Positions 11,480 through 25,046 of a stretch of DNA of 64,000 bases are shown one piece after another. Every line of letters begins with the position of its first letter. Within the stretch, counting starts at the first letter, position 1. The notes beneath the pieces were generated by a model. The model worked only from the letters and a program-made list of their open reading frames with translations, was not told where the DNA came from and made no database searches. This stretch comes from Azolla caroliniana. Lineage: Eukaryota > Plantae > Polypodiophyta. The stretch lies in the NCBI GenBank assembly GCA_043228905.1, contig JBHGNT010000016.1:10726001-10790000 (forward strand), written 5' to 3'. Both the position numbers and the translations under genes were made by a program.

Positions 11480-14400
11480 TGTCTGGTTTGAGTCAGAACC
11501 CATTGACCCATTTACCCAGAACCTCGCCGGCGAGTGTCCCTAACTGGTAGGAACCGTTGAACTCACGCGTGATCTAGTATGGTTCGGTTCACTCAAACCG
11601 TAGCTTCCCCGGCATCTTACCCATTTGGTTCTGGAATACTAGTACCGGCTTACCGATTCCGAACATCTTTGCGTTTCCTTTTCGGTGACGATGTACGAAC
11701 GCCTTCCTTCGCCGCTACTCAAGTTCTAGGTGCATGATGCTAGCTAGCCGGTGTTCTTCCAATTTGCAAAACGTGGTTAACCGGATCACTTCCAATTCCT
11801 TCTCATTTAGGCGTTCCCGAATCTGTATGCGTAAACTCGGTACCTGGAACTCAACCAACATTACTGTCCCCAATCTGAATGCTAGGCGAAACGGTGTTGT
11901 GCGGATAGTTGTCTTATATGCCGTTCGATAGGGCTAGAGTGCACTGTGTAGCTTTGTATCCCAATCCATCCGGTTCTCATTGACGATTTCCTTTTCAGTG
12001 AGGATGCACAAACGCCTTCCATCGCCGCTACTCAAGTTCTAGGTGCATGATGCTGGCTAGCCGGTGTTCTTCCAATTCGCACAACGCGGCTAACCGGATT
12101 GCTTCCAATTCCTTCTCATTTAGGCGTTCCCGAATCTGTATTCGTAAACTTGGTACCTGGAACTCAACCGGCATCACTGTCTCCAATCCGAATGCTAGGA
12201 AAAACGGTGTTGTGCAGATACTTGTCTTATATGCCGTTCGATAGGCCCAGAGTGCACTGTGTAGCTTTGTATCCCAATCCGTCTGGTTCTCATTGACGAT
12301 TTCCTTTTTGGTGACGATGCACAAATGCCTTCCTTCGCCGCTACTCAAGTTCTAGGTGCACGATGTTGGCTAGCCGGTGTTCTTCCAATTCGCACAACGT
12401 GGCTAACCGGATCGCTTCCGATTCCTTCTCATTTAGGCGTTCCCGAACTCAACCGGCATCACTGTCTCCAATCCGAAGTGCTGACCTTGGTCACTTATTA
12501 GCTCTATCGGACATCCATACCGGCACCAGATGTATTCATCTAAAATTTTTGCCGTGGATGCCGCGGTGTTGTTGCGTAGTGCTTTGGCTTCCACCCATTT
12601 TGTGCAATAGTCCATAACGACAATCACGTACCAGTTGCCGGTTCTCATTGTTGGTGGTTTGAATGGACCAACAAAATCCAGCCCCCATTTCTGAAATGGT
12701 TCTAACGGTAGCACAGGCTGGTGAGGCATCCTGGCTTGTTCGGTTGGTTGGCCCATTCTCTGACATAGGTCGCATTCTGTAGCATACCGGACTACATCCT
12801 TCAATGTTGTTGGCCACCATAGTCCACTCTACCATATTTTCCTTGCCGTAGCGTCTTCGGCATAATGTCCTCCAGCCACTCCGCAGTGTGCTTCGCGCAA
12901 TATTATGTCCTTTTCGTCACTGCGCACTACACGCCGCCATATGACATCTGCGCCTTTGTGGTACAGTGTGTCTTGTAATAGACAAAAGTGTCGGCTTTGA
13001 ACAACTAAGGGTTTCCTCTCGTCTCTGTTCATCTCCTCCAGAGGTAAGCCGATGCTCAGAAATTGGTGCATGTTGGTGAGCCACTTGTCTTCCTCTGCGA
13101 CCGTACCATCCATTGCCGTTTCTGCTGTGACTCTAAACAGCTCTGCATCCGGGAAATCGTCTGGGACGCCGTCACCGGTTTCGCCGGAATCTAACCAGCT
13201 CAAATAGTCTGCTACCGCATGTTATATGTTGGATCGATGGAATATCTCGAACTCAAATTCTTGTAATAGTAATGTCCACCGGGCCAACTTACCGATGAGT
13301 GATGCTTTGGACACCAAGTAGAGGAGCGCTGAATGATCTACGTGGAAGGAAAATTTCCTTCCCAACATATAATGTCTAAACTTGGTGACACTGTAGATCA
13401 TACCCAAGGCCTCTCTTTCCGTTGTGGAATAATTACGTTTTGCTTGGGACAGCTTCCGGCTGGCATAATACACTGGCCGGTACCACTTCGGTTCTGTTGG
13501 TTGCATAAGCGCGCTCCCGATTGGGATGTCAGACGCGTCAACGAACACATGGAACTCTTTAGACCAATCCGGAGGTTGCACCACTGACGCTTGTGACAAT
13601 AGTACTTTTAGTGCCCAGTAAGCCTTGTCTTCTGTGTTCGTCCATTGGAACGGTGTCCAATGTACCACGGCATGCAATGGCGTAGCCAGGTCTGCCAGAT
13701 ACCGGAGCATTCGGCTATGCCACCGAATTTGTCCTAAGAACCGGCTTAATGCCTTTGCTGTGGTTGGTGCCGGTGCCTCCAAAATAGCTTTGACCTTGTC
13801 TGGATCCACTACAATACCGTCCTTGCTCATGATGTGGCCAAGTAACGCTCCGCTAGACACTCCAAACACGCATTTTGCTAGGTTAAGGCTTAGCCGGTAA
13901 ACCCTACATTTCTCCAGACATAGTCGAAGGTGCTGAAGGTGATCCCCTTCCCGACTATAAATAGTGAAGTCGTCCAAGAACACCTGCATGAAATGCCGGA
14001 ATGAATTCTCCGAAAATCTCCATGATGATCCGCTGGAAGGTTGCCGATGCCGTTTTTAGTCCGAACATCATAACTACGGCAACAAAGACTCCCCATTTGG
14101 TGACAAAAGCGGTTTTCTCCTAGTCGTCAGGGTGCATCCGGATCTGACTATAGCCACTGAAACCGTCCAGAAAACTGTACACCTCATGACCGGCGACCAC
14201 ATCCAAGACTCCATCCGTGAATGGAAGTGGAAAGGCGTCCATTACCGTAGCCGCATTCAATTTCCGGTAGTACGACTATCAGACTGAGCCATGTGTCTTT
14301 CTTTACCGGTCGGATGAAGCCAACCCTGAGCAACTTGTCGATTTCTTCTTTGACTTTTGCTGCGTAATTCGGGTTCATACGGTAACGCCGTTGCGCTACC

Positions 14401-15520
14401 GGTTTGGCGTCTTTACTCAGATGTATCTGGTGTTGATACAACTGAGGATTGAGTCCCCGCATGTCCTCATAGGACCAGGCGAACACATCGTGAAATTCCT
14501 TTAGGAGTGTGATCATTGCCGTTTTGTTCTCTGGGGTCATTTCCTTGGCGATGTAAACCAGTCTTGCATCCTCTGTGGTACCTAGGTTTACCTCTTCTAG
14601 TTGGGATGCTTTTACATGTTGCGACACCACCATTTCTCTTTCCAGTGCCTCCTGTGCTTGCCGTAACTCCCAGATCGCTTCTTTATCCGATTCCTCGTTA
14701 GTCCAGTCCGGTTGCAGTATGTACGGTGATACTGCTTCAACTACATCAATTTTGAACAGCGGTACGATCTTCGGATTTTCCTGTAAGTATTGATCGACCT
14801 CTTCGTCCACCAATCCTTCTAGAATGTTGACACATTCCGCATATAGCGGCGTCAATTCCTTGCCGGTACCCGACCGTGGTTGAGTTGGTACTCGCACTTT
14901 CGCTTTTTCACGCCGGAACGTAATTATATTTTTCCTCCAGTTTTGCTTGATGTGTGTTGTTTTTAACCAAGGGTGTCCCAACAATAGTGGGTAAGCTCCC
15001 TGAGCCTGTAGTTGGAGAACTACTGCCGAAATGCGAAATGTGTGACCCCCGATGGTCACTTCTAGATCACGTATTAATCCGGTCGGCCGTACTGAGCTTG
15101 TGTCCGCCATCCAAAGCCAAAACGGGCATTATTCCCAGTCATGGATTCCTAGAGTGTTACATGTTCAAAGGGTGATCACGTTTACGTCGGATCCTCCATC
15201 GATAATCGTGTCGGGTAGCTCTTTTCATTTCATGATGGCTGTGATTGTCGGACTGCTCGTGTTTACTACCACCGGTCCTTCCTCTGGATTTGAAAAGAAA
15301 GCCGGAGCCAGTGGTGTGTCGGCTGCCGTCCTTCCTGTCTTCAATCCTTCCGTGAAGCGTGGTACCAGTTGCAATAGCCGGCCTAACGGCAGCGTTATTT
15401 GGCATTCTTGTAACGCCTGCCATGTTGGGTTTTCGGGCTGCCCTAAGCCGGTGAGCTCTTCGGCATTCTCCTTTTGTTGTTCGAGCTTTGCCACATTCCG
15501 CTCGTTTGCCTTCTTCACCC
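11480..15520 (-). pseudogene. pol: Decayed gypsy pol (PR, RT, RNase H, integrase)
   Basis: TIIDGGSDVN, VFLDDFTIY, VFVDASD, HCGVAGGH, WGLDFVGP, ISDQG; many frameshifts and stops. Confidence 0.92.
11690..12470. repeat. Tandem triplication (~313-bp period) of an integrase C-terminal segment
   Basis: GCCTTCC(T/A)TCGCCGCTACTCAAGTTCTAGGTGCA at ~11701, 12014, 12327. Confidence 0.9.
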
Positions 15521-17394
15521 ATTCAGTTGCTTGCTTCCAGATGCCTTCTTGAGTTACCTACTCCGTGGCTTTGACTTTTGATATTGTAGTGACTTGTTGT
15601 AAGTCAGCGACTTCCACGTCTACCATGTTCACCGCTGGTTGCTTGTCGTAGCTCTTTGTCGGACATTGGTTACTATAGTGGCCTTCTTGCTGGCAATAAT
15701 AGCAGTACGCCTTTTGGGTGTTGCTGGATTCGGTGTTTGTGCCCGCACTCGGTTGAGGTCCTGTGGTAAGTGCTTGGTTTTGGTCCGGTTGGCTGCTTGG
15801 AGCGCCCTTTTCCAGTTCCCGTGGATGACCCCCCTTTTTGTTGAAATGACGTTTCTTGTTGAAATTCTTTTTGTTTCGGTAACCTTGACGAGGCTGGTCA
15901 TCATACTTGCCATAGTCGTCCCGTCGTTGGTTGTAACCAGGGGAATGATCCCGGTTGTATCTCTCGTACCGTCCATTATAGTCCCGGTATCTATCCTGTC
16001 TGTCATACCAGTCATAAGCGTCTCTTCGATCGTTGTACCAGACATCTTGTCCTGGCCGGTAGCGCTCCTCTCGCCGCCAGCGTTCTTCTTCTTCCTCCCG
16101 GTTGCTTCATGGTTCAATTTGTCGGACCAATGGTGCTTGCCGATTTAACAAGTTATACTCACACCGTTCCATTGTGTGACTTCTAGAGTGGCAGAGCAAG
16201 CATTGGGAACGCATGGTGCATTCCAACGCCGAATGTCCGGCATTCATGCATGTTGTACATTGAATTGCTTGCCGAAAGCGGAGGTCCTCATCTGTCGGTA
16301 GTGCACGTTGAAGTGCACCGATGGTTACCCACGAACTTGATTTTTCCATTTCCCGAACTCGGTCGATCACTTGATCTATGCTGCTGGTGTGGAAATCAAT
16401 GACGATGCACACCGTTCGTAAGGGTTCTCGGAGTGCCGCTAAGATTATGGCCTTTGTTTCTTCCTTCGATGGTGCCCGGCTGAGCTGACTGTGGATCCGC
16501 TAGAACCGGATGAAAAACTATTGAATGTTCTCCGTTGGTTCCTGCCGGATAATGTAAAATAGGCCTACCATTTCCCGTTGGTCCATCTCCTTGTGAAAGA
16601 AATGCAAGAATTTGGTCTTTAATTGCTTCAAACGTGGGGATGGTGTTGGGATGTTGTGTTCGGTGCCATCTTGCAGCCGGTCCCTCCAGGGTCATGCCGA
16701 ACTCTGCCATTTTTTAGCGTTCCTCTTTGTCCGCATTTAAGCGCTGGGACACATGGTTTGCCTCCCAGGTCTGCTGAAGCGCATGAAAGTGGGCTTCCGC
16801 GTCCGGATCATCCCGGTATTTGGGATATTGGAACGACATGTCGTCGTCCGGTGTTGGTACCCGGGCTGGTGGTGTCGGTGGTCTTTCCTCCTCCTTTGTA
16901 GGCGTCAGAGGTCTTTCCCGGTCCTCTGTCGGCGTCAGAGGTCTTTCCTGATCCTCTTTCGGTGTTGGAGGCCTCTCCTCCTCGACTTCCGGTGTCGGAG
17001 ATCTCTCTTCCTCGACTTCTGGTTCCGGAGTGTGCTCGACTTCCGGTGCTGGAGGTTCCAGCCTTGTCAATTCTGGTTCCGTGTCGGCAAGGTATCCGAC
17101 TCCTTGTCCTCCAGTCCGTTTGGAGTGTCGTTACTGCTATGGTAGTTCGTATGCGCGCTGTATTCCCCTTCTGAATCTGATTCAAACGCCGAAAATGCTT
17201 CAGATTCGCCTTCGCCTGCTGCCAATGCCTGGAGAAGGGATTTCGCTTCCTGAAGGCCGTTTCCTTCCTCCGGGTAGTCGTTTTGTTGTAAACAAAGTGA
17301 CTCCTTGACCACTCTCCGGATCTCCTTGGAAAATGAGCGATCCGTTCAGGTTTCTTCTGCCGCTTGCTAGAAAGCTTCTCGCTTCCTTAGCCAT
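15520..17394 (-). pseudogene. gag: Decayed gag with three zinc knuckles and EEERPPTP repeats
   Basis: QCTTCMNAGHSALEC, CLLCHSRSHTMERC; ~30-bp coding repeats at ~16870-17060. Confidence 0.85.
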
Positions 17395-17502
17395 TCAACA
17401 AGTCTCCTTGCTCGCTCTGTAACCGGGTCGTTCGTTGGTCTAGTCATCCATTCTCGCCGTTGTTCGCTGCGATTGTGCAGGAATCGTGGTCGCCAAAAAT
17501 TG

Positions 17503-17942
17503 TGTTAATCCTTAGGGCTGGACAATGGCATAACACAGGGTGTCTACGGAAGACACTTCACCAAAGGGTGCTACGGCGAGATAACTTAAAACTCAAGGAT
17601 TAATCAGACTTTAAATGGTTACTTAGCAATAGGGCATTAGACTTGATACACGCGTATGATAGTACAATTAGCACAGAACAGTAATCAACACTTAAAGATA
17701 AAACAAGAAGCTCTATTAATTATCCGTCAAAGTTTTACATTGTAACCGGGCCTTTATATATAGGTCACTGGTGCTGACTACAAAACGGTGCCAACCGGCA
17801 CCTGTTCAGAACCGGTCCGGATCTGGATCGGCATATTCCGGTCCGTCCATTCATGTCTCATAAAGTACTTAATTATAATCTATTCCGAATAAACAATCCC
17901 TTTCACATTCTGGTCTTTAACTCCTTTGCCTGCCAGGTAACA
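17503..17942 (-). repeat. 5' LTR of the minus-strand gypsy element
   Basis: TGTTA...TAACA termini; adjacent PBS matches a tRNA 3' end (GTGGTCGCCA, Arg-like). Confidence 0.75.
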
Positions 17943-20795
17943 GTTCCCAACTGCCCTTAGGGAAGGGAGCCGCAACGGGCTTCACCTTCTAGTCCACAAT
18001 CTTGTACTTGGTGTCTACTCGGGCGATCTGATGCACCCTAGTTTCCCTTTCAAAGTCTGCGATGACTTCGTACATGTCGACCGAGTTGACCAGTATCACC
18101 CGGTCTTCGCTCAGGCCTGCTTCGACTACCATCCCGATTTCTCCAAGGGTGTCGTGAAACGAGATCAACTCCACGAGCTCAAGGCTCCACATGCCTTTAA
18201 GTGCATCTCGGCCCATTTCCTTTGTCGGCCACTAATGCTAGTTATGGTACAAACCCCATTGTCGGAGAACAAAATTTTCCTACCTATATTACAGGTGTGG
18301 GGAATTTTCCGGCCATCCGGACTATCGCAACCCCACGCCTTGATAGCCCTTTCTAAAAATCCACCCGGTCGTTATTTCCAAGGGTGTCCCGGTTCCGCTC
18401 GTGATTCTTCCTCATCGTAAAAAACTGGACGGAATGATGACCGTCCTAACTTTTTACCCTTGCGAAAGTCGAGCCATTGTCCAGCACTTTCGACTCCATT
18501 CTAGCCGTCGTGATGTATGGTTCGCCGAGGATGACCGGGTGGGAAGACGTCTCTTGCACGAAAAAGTGTTGGTTTATGTTGATGTCTCCGACGCTCACTC
18601 TGACGTTCGAGCAAGGCCCGTGTCGTTCTTTTGTGGCTCTCATAGCCGCGCGTATCTTCCACCCGTGTTTGGTGTTGATCGGCCATCTCCCCTTTTTGTA
18701 GAAGTCCATAGACATCAGGTTGATTTTCGACCCATGGTTGGTCAACGCTACCACTGGTTCCTTCACGTCCCCGATGTGAACCAGGGTCTCCGTAGTCGCT
18801 CTTGCTCAGTGTGGCCTGGCGTAGTGGCTTTCCGCAAGCTCGTCTTCCGCGGCCATCTCGTCGAGGAGCACCACCCCTACTTCAACCGGCTTCTCGGGCT
18901 TCGGTTCCGTCGCGAGACGCTTTCTTTTTACGAGATCCACAATGCTATCATGCAATTCCCTTCTCGCTATTCCAAGCACTTCCTCTAGAACTTGCTCCTC
19001 TAGAACCTTATGTAGGTTCATCGTTCTCTCGATCTCCGAGCTTAATCGGAAGCTCGAACCCCTGCCCTTTTCCTTCTCCTAGGACCTGGTTGGAGTGGCA
19101 TCCGCCTCTTGGGCCTGCTTCAGGTGTAATAACCCAACCAAAATGCCCGCCCCCCCTGTCTTTCTGGCTTGCCTTTCGTCAATCAGAGCTTCGTAGTTCC
19201 TACACGCGGCTTCCACAAAGCCGGTGTTTTCTTCAACTGGGTCACTCCAGCTAGTGACCTCACGCACACGCTCCTCCGCGCGGTCCGCTTCTTCCTTCTG
19301 CAACCTTCCCCCAGACAAGGTCTTGAGTATCACCGGCAAGAACCCGGGTTTTGTATCGGGCGTAGCCACCTTTTCGCCTACGCAGATGCCGACTAAAGCC
19401 TAGTAGTGGATGGCTTTGACGTGCCGCACCGTGGCCTCTTCCATTAACCTCGTCATGCCACATCATCCGAAATTTACGTCAAGCATTCTTCGCGTGTCGT
19501 TCGCATGAATTCTGCCATTCGAAAGATAAATCCAATTACTCCTGAGTACTTTGCCGAAGTCGACGCAATCTCTCCGGGCATGTCCGATGGCGTTGCACCA
19601 TATGCACCTTTGGTTGGCTGGCGGTCGGTGGTCGCGCGGCTGACCCTCATCACTTCTTTGGGCCTGGGCGATCTGGAGGTCGGGCACCATCCTTGTTAGT
19701 TCTTCTAGTCCTACGCCGCCTGCGACTACTTGATGGGGGCGGGCCTAGCTCGAGCCACCTCCTCGCTTCTTCCGTTCGGGTTGGCATCGGCTCAACCCTA
19801 ATCTCGACAGCTGCTCCGGCCGGCGACGACCTCTTCTCTTTCTAGTCTCTTCATTTGTCGATCCTGCCGCACATTCCTTTGATAGTAGCCCAGTAGGTCG
19901 TGAGACCGTTGTTTGTTTCAAGAAGAAGGCCCATGCTTTCGCAGATGCGCAAATTGAACGATGTAACGAACAATAGGACCTTGCTCGTCTCCAGCACGGT
20001 CCGGTCCAACGTAGAGAGCCGTGCGAACCGCGACTCGAACTCATGGAGGAGCGTCGAAGTGTTATGACCCTTGTCAGGGCTGTTAACCCAATCCACAACG
20101 TCCTTTCTCGACAGCCGGAGTGAGTCATCATAGTTGTACCTTTCAAGAATTCGCTTTGCGATGTCCGCCCAATCGCGGCAACCCGCTTGTATTTCGATCA
20201 TCTCCGTATGGATGCTCGACGTCACGACCCAGGGAAACCCTGTTAGCTGTCTATCCTCCGGTATATTCCTTATTTGCATTTCAGATTTGTAGGCCTCTAA
20301 GTAATTCGTGGCGTCTTTCCCACGGAACCGGCCTATCTGGTCGACCGTTGCTTTATGGCCCTGTCATTGCCCTCGTGAGCACTAACCAAGAGGTCTACCG
20401 CCACCACCATTGCTTCCGCCAGTTCACTCCCTCTCATTTTTCGGATTCCTTTGCCGCCCCCTTTCATGTCGGGTTCACCAAAGATGTGACGGAAATCCGC
20501 GTGGATGCGTAGAAATGGGGCAGGACCATGGGGGTCTTGAACCAAGGAATCAGGGAAGTGAGGGGGAAAGAGTCCGCACTATCCTCCCCATATTCTCTCC
20601 TCGATTCTCTCTCCTCGTAACTCTCCCCCCCCCTATGCGATGTTGGAACTCCTATTAATGCTCTAACTACCTAGCACCCCTCATCCTACCAATACCTAGT
20701 ATTTACATAGTTTAATTTAGTAGGGATGTGCACTCGTGCACACTGTGTTCTCGCATGTTTCACACTGTTTCCGCATATGGCCCGGAATCTTCACA
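17943..20795 (-). mobile_element. Decayed gypsy 5' portion: LTR 20485-20795, tRNA-Trp PBS, gag, protease
   Basis: LTR TGTGA...TCACA; plus strand TCATGTCGGGTTCACCA (20464-20480) matches the plant tRNA-Trp 3' end; CIWCNAIGHARRDC knuckle; degenerate protease ALTNHGSKINLMS. Confidence 0.8.
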
Positions 20796-20879
20796 ACAAT
20801 GTATAATAGTTTTGCAAGGGTTTAGGGTCTTAGTTGGCCTCGGGCTATTGCGGCCCCACTCTTTAATAGCTCGTATTAG

Positions 20880-22596
20880 AAATCCTCTCGGCTCTCCCCT
20901 ATGAGGGAGGCTCGATTGCACTCATTGTGTAAGGAATTGGACCGAATGCCTCCCATCTTGGCTCTTGACCCTCGCATATGATGACCTGTTGTCTAGCACC
21001 TTCGTCTCCATGTGAGCCGTCGTGATGTATGGTTCACCCAAGTTGACCGGGTGTGAGGACGCCTCTTGAACAAAGAAATGTTGATCTATTTCTATGTCCC
21101 CCACATTAACCCATACATTCGGGCAAGCCCCGTATAGCTCCTTGGTTGCTCGGGTCGCCGCTCTAATCTTCCACCCATGCTTCGTGTTGATCAACCACTT
21201 TCCCTTTTTATAAAAGTCCATTGACATAAGGTTGATCTCAGAGCCATGGTTGATCAATGCTCTCACCGACTCTTTTACATCTCCGACCCATACCGGTGTC
21301 TCCGTTGTTGATCTCGCCCAATGCGGCCTCATGTAGAGACTGTCCGCATAGTCTTCGTCTTCCTCGGGCACCTCAGTTCACAATGCATTTACAATCACGG
21401 GCTTTTCCACTTCTTGCTCCATCGAGAGCCACTTCCTCTTCATTAGGTCGATGATGACCTCGTGGAATTATTTCTTGGCAATTCCGAGGATCTCTCGTAG
21501 AGTAAACTCTACGCGACTATCGAGGATCCTTTCCTCCACTACCTTCTTCAAGTCTGTTGCTTGTTCAATCTCCGAGCAAAGCTTGAAGTTGGGGGGGTTC
21601 CCCTTCTCTTTCCATCTTTCATCACGTGGTTGAGACTAGTTCGGCTCTTCCCTTCTTCGTGCTCCTTGAGTGTCGCATTTCCTTGATGGACCGACTCCCT
21701 CATCATTTCCTACCTTCTTCTCTCCTACCATTACTTCATAGTTTTGGCAAGTGGCTTCCAGTAAGCCTGTCTTTTCTTCCACCGGATCCTTCCACCCAAT
21801 TGCATCTTGGACCCTTCTTTCCGCTTCGTTCGCTTCTTCTCTTTTGAACTTTCCCCTAGAGAGGCTTCCAAGGATTGACGACCAAAAGTCAAACTCTTTC
21901 TCCTCTTGCCTCCTCACCTCTTTCCCCACTCGGATCCCAGCCAACGCCGAGTAGTGGACGGCTTCAACATGTTGTGCTCCGGCATCCTCCATTAGCCTTC
22001 TCATGCCCCCTCGGCCTTGATTCAATCCCAAGGGGTGCCTTGTCTCCGTCGAATAGACCCTATTGTTCCAAAGATAGACAATATCCCTTCTTAGGGCCTC
22101 TTGAAAGTCTCCACACTCCCTTCGTAGGTGGTCAGGATTGTCGCACCACATACATCTTTGTGCAAATGGGGGACGTCGATTTGGAGATCTCGGACCATCT
22201 TTGTGAGCTTGTCTATTGCCGACCCTCCAGATGGTGCTTCAATCACGTTTCTCTAGGGGATGAACCTTGCATTTTCTTCCTCTCTTTCTTGAGGTGCTCT
22301 ACCACACCTGGGTTCATGTGTCTCACTAATGGAGCCTATGGATGTTTGTCCGCTCAACGGAAACCTGCCATTCCATTCCCTTCTCTTATCGAAGCGACTA
22401 CAAACCTGTTTTACCATAGCCTAATATGTCGTGAGCCCATCATCAGTTTCGAGGAGGAGCCCCACCTTCTCTCGGTCTCGTGCATCAACAACAATAGCTT
22501 TTATGAATAGTAGGACCTTGCTTGTATCAAGCACCGTCCTATCGAGAGCCAAAAGTTGCGCGAAGCGCTTCTCAAATTCTTGTAGAAGGAGAAGGC
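20880..22596 (-). pseudogene. gag: Second decayed gag-protease fragment of the same gypsy family
   Basis: WCDNPDHLRREC knuckle; ALINHGSEINLMSMDFYKKGKW..HGWKIRAA nearly the same as 18446-18766. Confidence 0.85.
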
Positions 22597-23300
22597 TAAG
22601 ACCCGGACATGGTCTGATGGGGTGAAGGGCCTGAAACCAGAAGACGAGTTGGAGAACACCGACTCAGACAAGAGCAGGAACGAATAGGAGACAGTAGATT
22701 CGCTTCAACAGTTGGATTCGGAGGAGCAGGATCAACTAAAGGCCAAGCAAACACGGACGAAGCGGAAGTTGGCGCCAACACGAAAGAACCGACGGGTCGA
22801 CAAGCGCCGGAGTCACAGCAACGAGGGAGCTGAAATGGGCCGGTTGAGCAGACAAGCCAACCGAGGAGGTTGAGGTGTGCAGAACCAGAAGGGTCGTAGC
22901 AAACAGGACCAGACCAGACCGAACGAGGAGCGCGAGCAAGGCGGCACGATACCAGAAGGAGCCGGGTAGAAGAACCGGCTACCACGGACACTAACACCAC
23001 AATCCGACCTCAAGTTGAGCTTGAGGGGGAGTGTTGAGTGACCAAGCTCAACTGGATCCAAATCAGCTGAATTAGCCTAAGACGGATCGGTATTCAGATG
23101 ATATCTGAATACAATCGGCCGGATCGGGGAGACGGATCGGAGAGCTGAATTCGAGCGGGAACTAGAAGCCTAGTAGTAGCCTAGACTACTAGGTAATCAT
23201 TGTCTCGTATTTCGTGTCAATTGCTTGTATGAGCATTGATGTACCTGTCAATACTTCTATCAGTACTTTATGGACTTTGTATAAATAGTGCTGTTATAGC
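22597..23300 (+). mobile_element. Copia-like 3' end fragment: PPT plus LTR start at 23032
   Basis: AAGTTGAGCTTGAGGGGGAG|TGTTGAG is the typical copia PPT/LTR junction; TATAAATA at ~23280. Confidence 0.6.
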
Positions 23301-23354
23301 ACATTGTATGTACAACGTTTTTAGAGTGGATTTTTTTAATTGAGTTTATGTTCT

Positions 23355-23398
<44 letters not shown>

Positions 23399-24564
23399 TG
23401 TCTCTCCCGCGTATACTCTCTGCATATTAAGCTTCTCCATTAAATCTCTTATTATCTGTTGCTATCTAGTTGAGCCGGTTCTGTCTAACGCTTCCACACG
23501 TTTACTTTTACAATTCCGCTACGATCGTCGTAGTCGGAATTCGTGGCGTAATACGTAAACATTCCACTACGATTGTCGTAGCCGGAATTCCATAGTTCAT
23601 GAGCTATTGGCTACTTGAAGCCAAGTCTCGTACTTTTTCCGTCACTCCTCTTCATAGTGGCCGTTGTGGCGAAGTTTCGCCCGTGTGTGTTACTTGGACC
23701 ACAGGGGTCTTGGACTAGGGAGTACGAAGGGATAGAGAAGACCTGAGGTTTGCTTTACGACAATACTACTTCCCGACCCCTTCTCGAGCAAAGGCTCGTT
23801 GCCCCTTTTGTGGGGCTGGTGGCTTTTATTGATCACGACTCGTCGAGTTTTTGACATCACTGCACGAGCCAAGTGATCAAACGGGTATAAGCATAGATGA
23901 GCACACAAGATGAACGCATAAGGGGACGATAACACAAACAGGAATGCATATACGTCTTTATGAGGGGGAGAGGTGCATGGGCATGCCTGAACGCTCCCTT
24001 GTAACAAGAAGGCCGAACGTACAAGGAAGACACAAAACACACACGGGTCGAAGCACGCTATGGTGTACCAGAAAAGTACTGTTTTTTGTCACAAAAATTG
24101 TCAGTACTTTCAATACTGTTAGTACTGAATAATTCAGAAAAAAAATTAGAGAAAAAGAAAATCGATTTTGGAGAGTGGGGTGACTGTAGTACAAGTGTCA
24201 TTTACTGTAGAAGGAGTGGGGGGAACACGTGAGGAGATGTTCTTCCATTTTGGGGGCTATTTTCCCCTCACGTCGTTTTGGCGCTTCCCCTCATACTCCT
24301 CTTCCTCTATCCCTCTGAGCTTTTCATCACAGACATCCATGTCACATTTCTGATTTTCCTTCAATCTAAATCTCAAACATCCATGTCTGGTTGGAGAGTT
24401 TGAGTTGAGGATTTCTGATTTTTTTAGGGTTTCTGTTTTTGTTAGGGTTTAGGTTGAGGTACAGAGACTGTTCTGAGGGTTTAGGTAGCAGCCAATAGTG
24501 ACTTCTTCGACAATGACTTTCTTACTTCCACCAATTGCAGTTGATGTCGTGGTGATTTGGGGCT

Positions 24565-24815
24565 TTTTCCACCAAATCGAGGCGGCATTGGAGGTTCCTT
24601 CCACCAAATCGAGGCGGCATATCCAACGCTCCCTCCACCATTGGAGGTTCCTTCCACCAAATCGAGGTGGCATATCCAACGCTCCCTCCACCATTTGAGG
24701 TTTCTTCCACCAAATCGAGGCTGCATATCCACGCTCCCTCCACCATTGGAGGTTCCTTCCACCAAATCGAGGCGGCATATCCAACGCTCCCTTCACCATT
24801 GGAGGTTCCTTCCAT
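24565..24815. repeat. Subterminal ~53-bp tandem repeat (4-5 units)
   Basis: GGAGGTTCCTTCCACCAAATCGAGGCGGCATATCCAACGCTCCCTCCACCATT repeated. Confidence 0.9.
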
Positions 24816-25046
24816 CCATTTTTTTATTTTCAGTACTAAAATGTTTCATTTCTTCATATTTCAGTACTAAATTTTTAGAATTGACATTTGTCATATTTGA
24901 TATGTAATTCTAATGTTTGAAACAAAATATTTCTCACTTTGCAGACCACATTTAAAAACATTTGATTGTGTTTTCTTGGTTGAGTCTATATAACATTAAC
25001 TACTTTTGCAAGACACTTAATTTTTGTGGATAAATCTAGTGACCGA

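Larger units (their letters stand above)
4246..17942 (-). mobile_element. Decayed non-chromovirus gypsy element (Athila/Tat-like architecture) with extra 3' ORF; interrupted by the chromovirus at 4640-10088; 3' LTR not found
   Basis: 5' LTR ~17503-17942 (TGTTA...TAACA), PBS TGGCGACCACG at 17485-17495, gag-PR-RT-RH-INT order, extra ORF at ~10.9-10.1 kb resuming at 4634-4275. Confidence 0.8.

Noticed and set aside
23237-23245. TGATGT as the matching terminus of the long LTR ending at 63331
   Set aside because: Flanking 5-mers (AGCAT vs CGACA) do not form a TSD, and the boundary cannot be tested with copy 1 because the window starts inside it
24449-24907. Repetitive Trp/Gly-rich ORFs
   Set aside because: Products of the ~53-bp subterminal repeat in several frames
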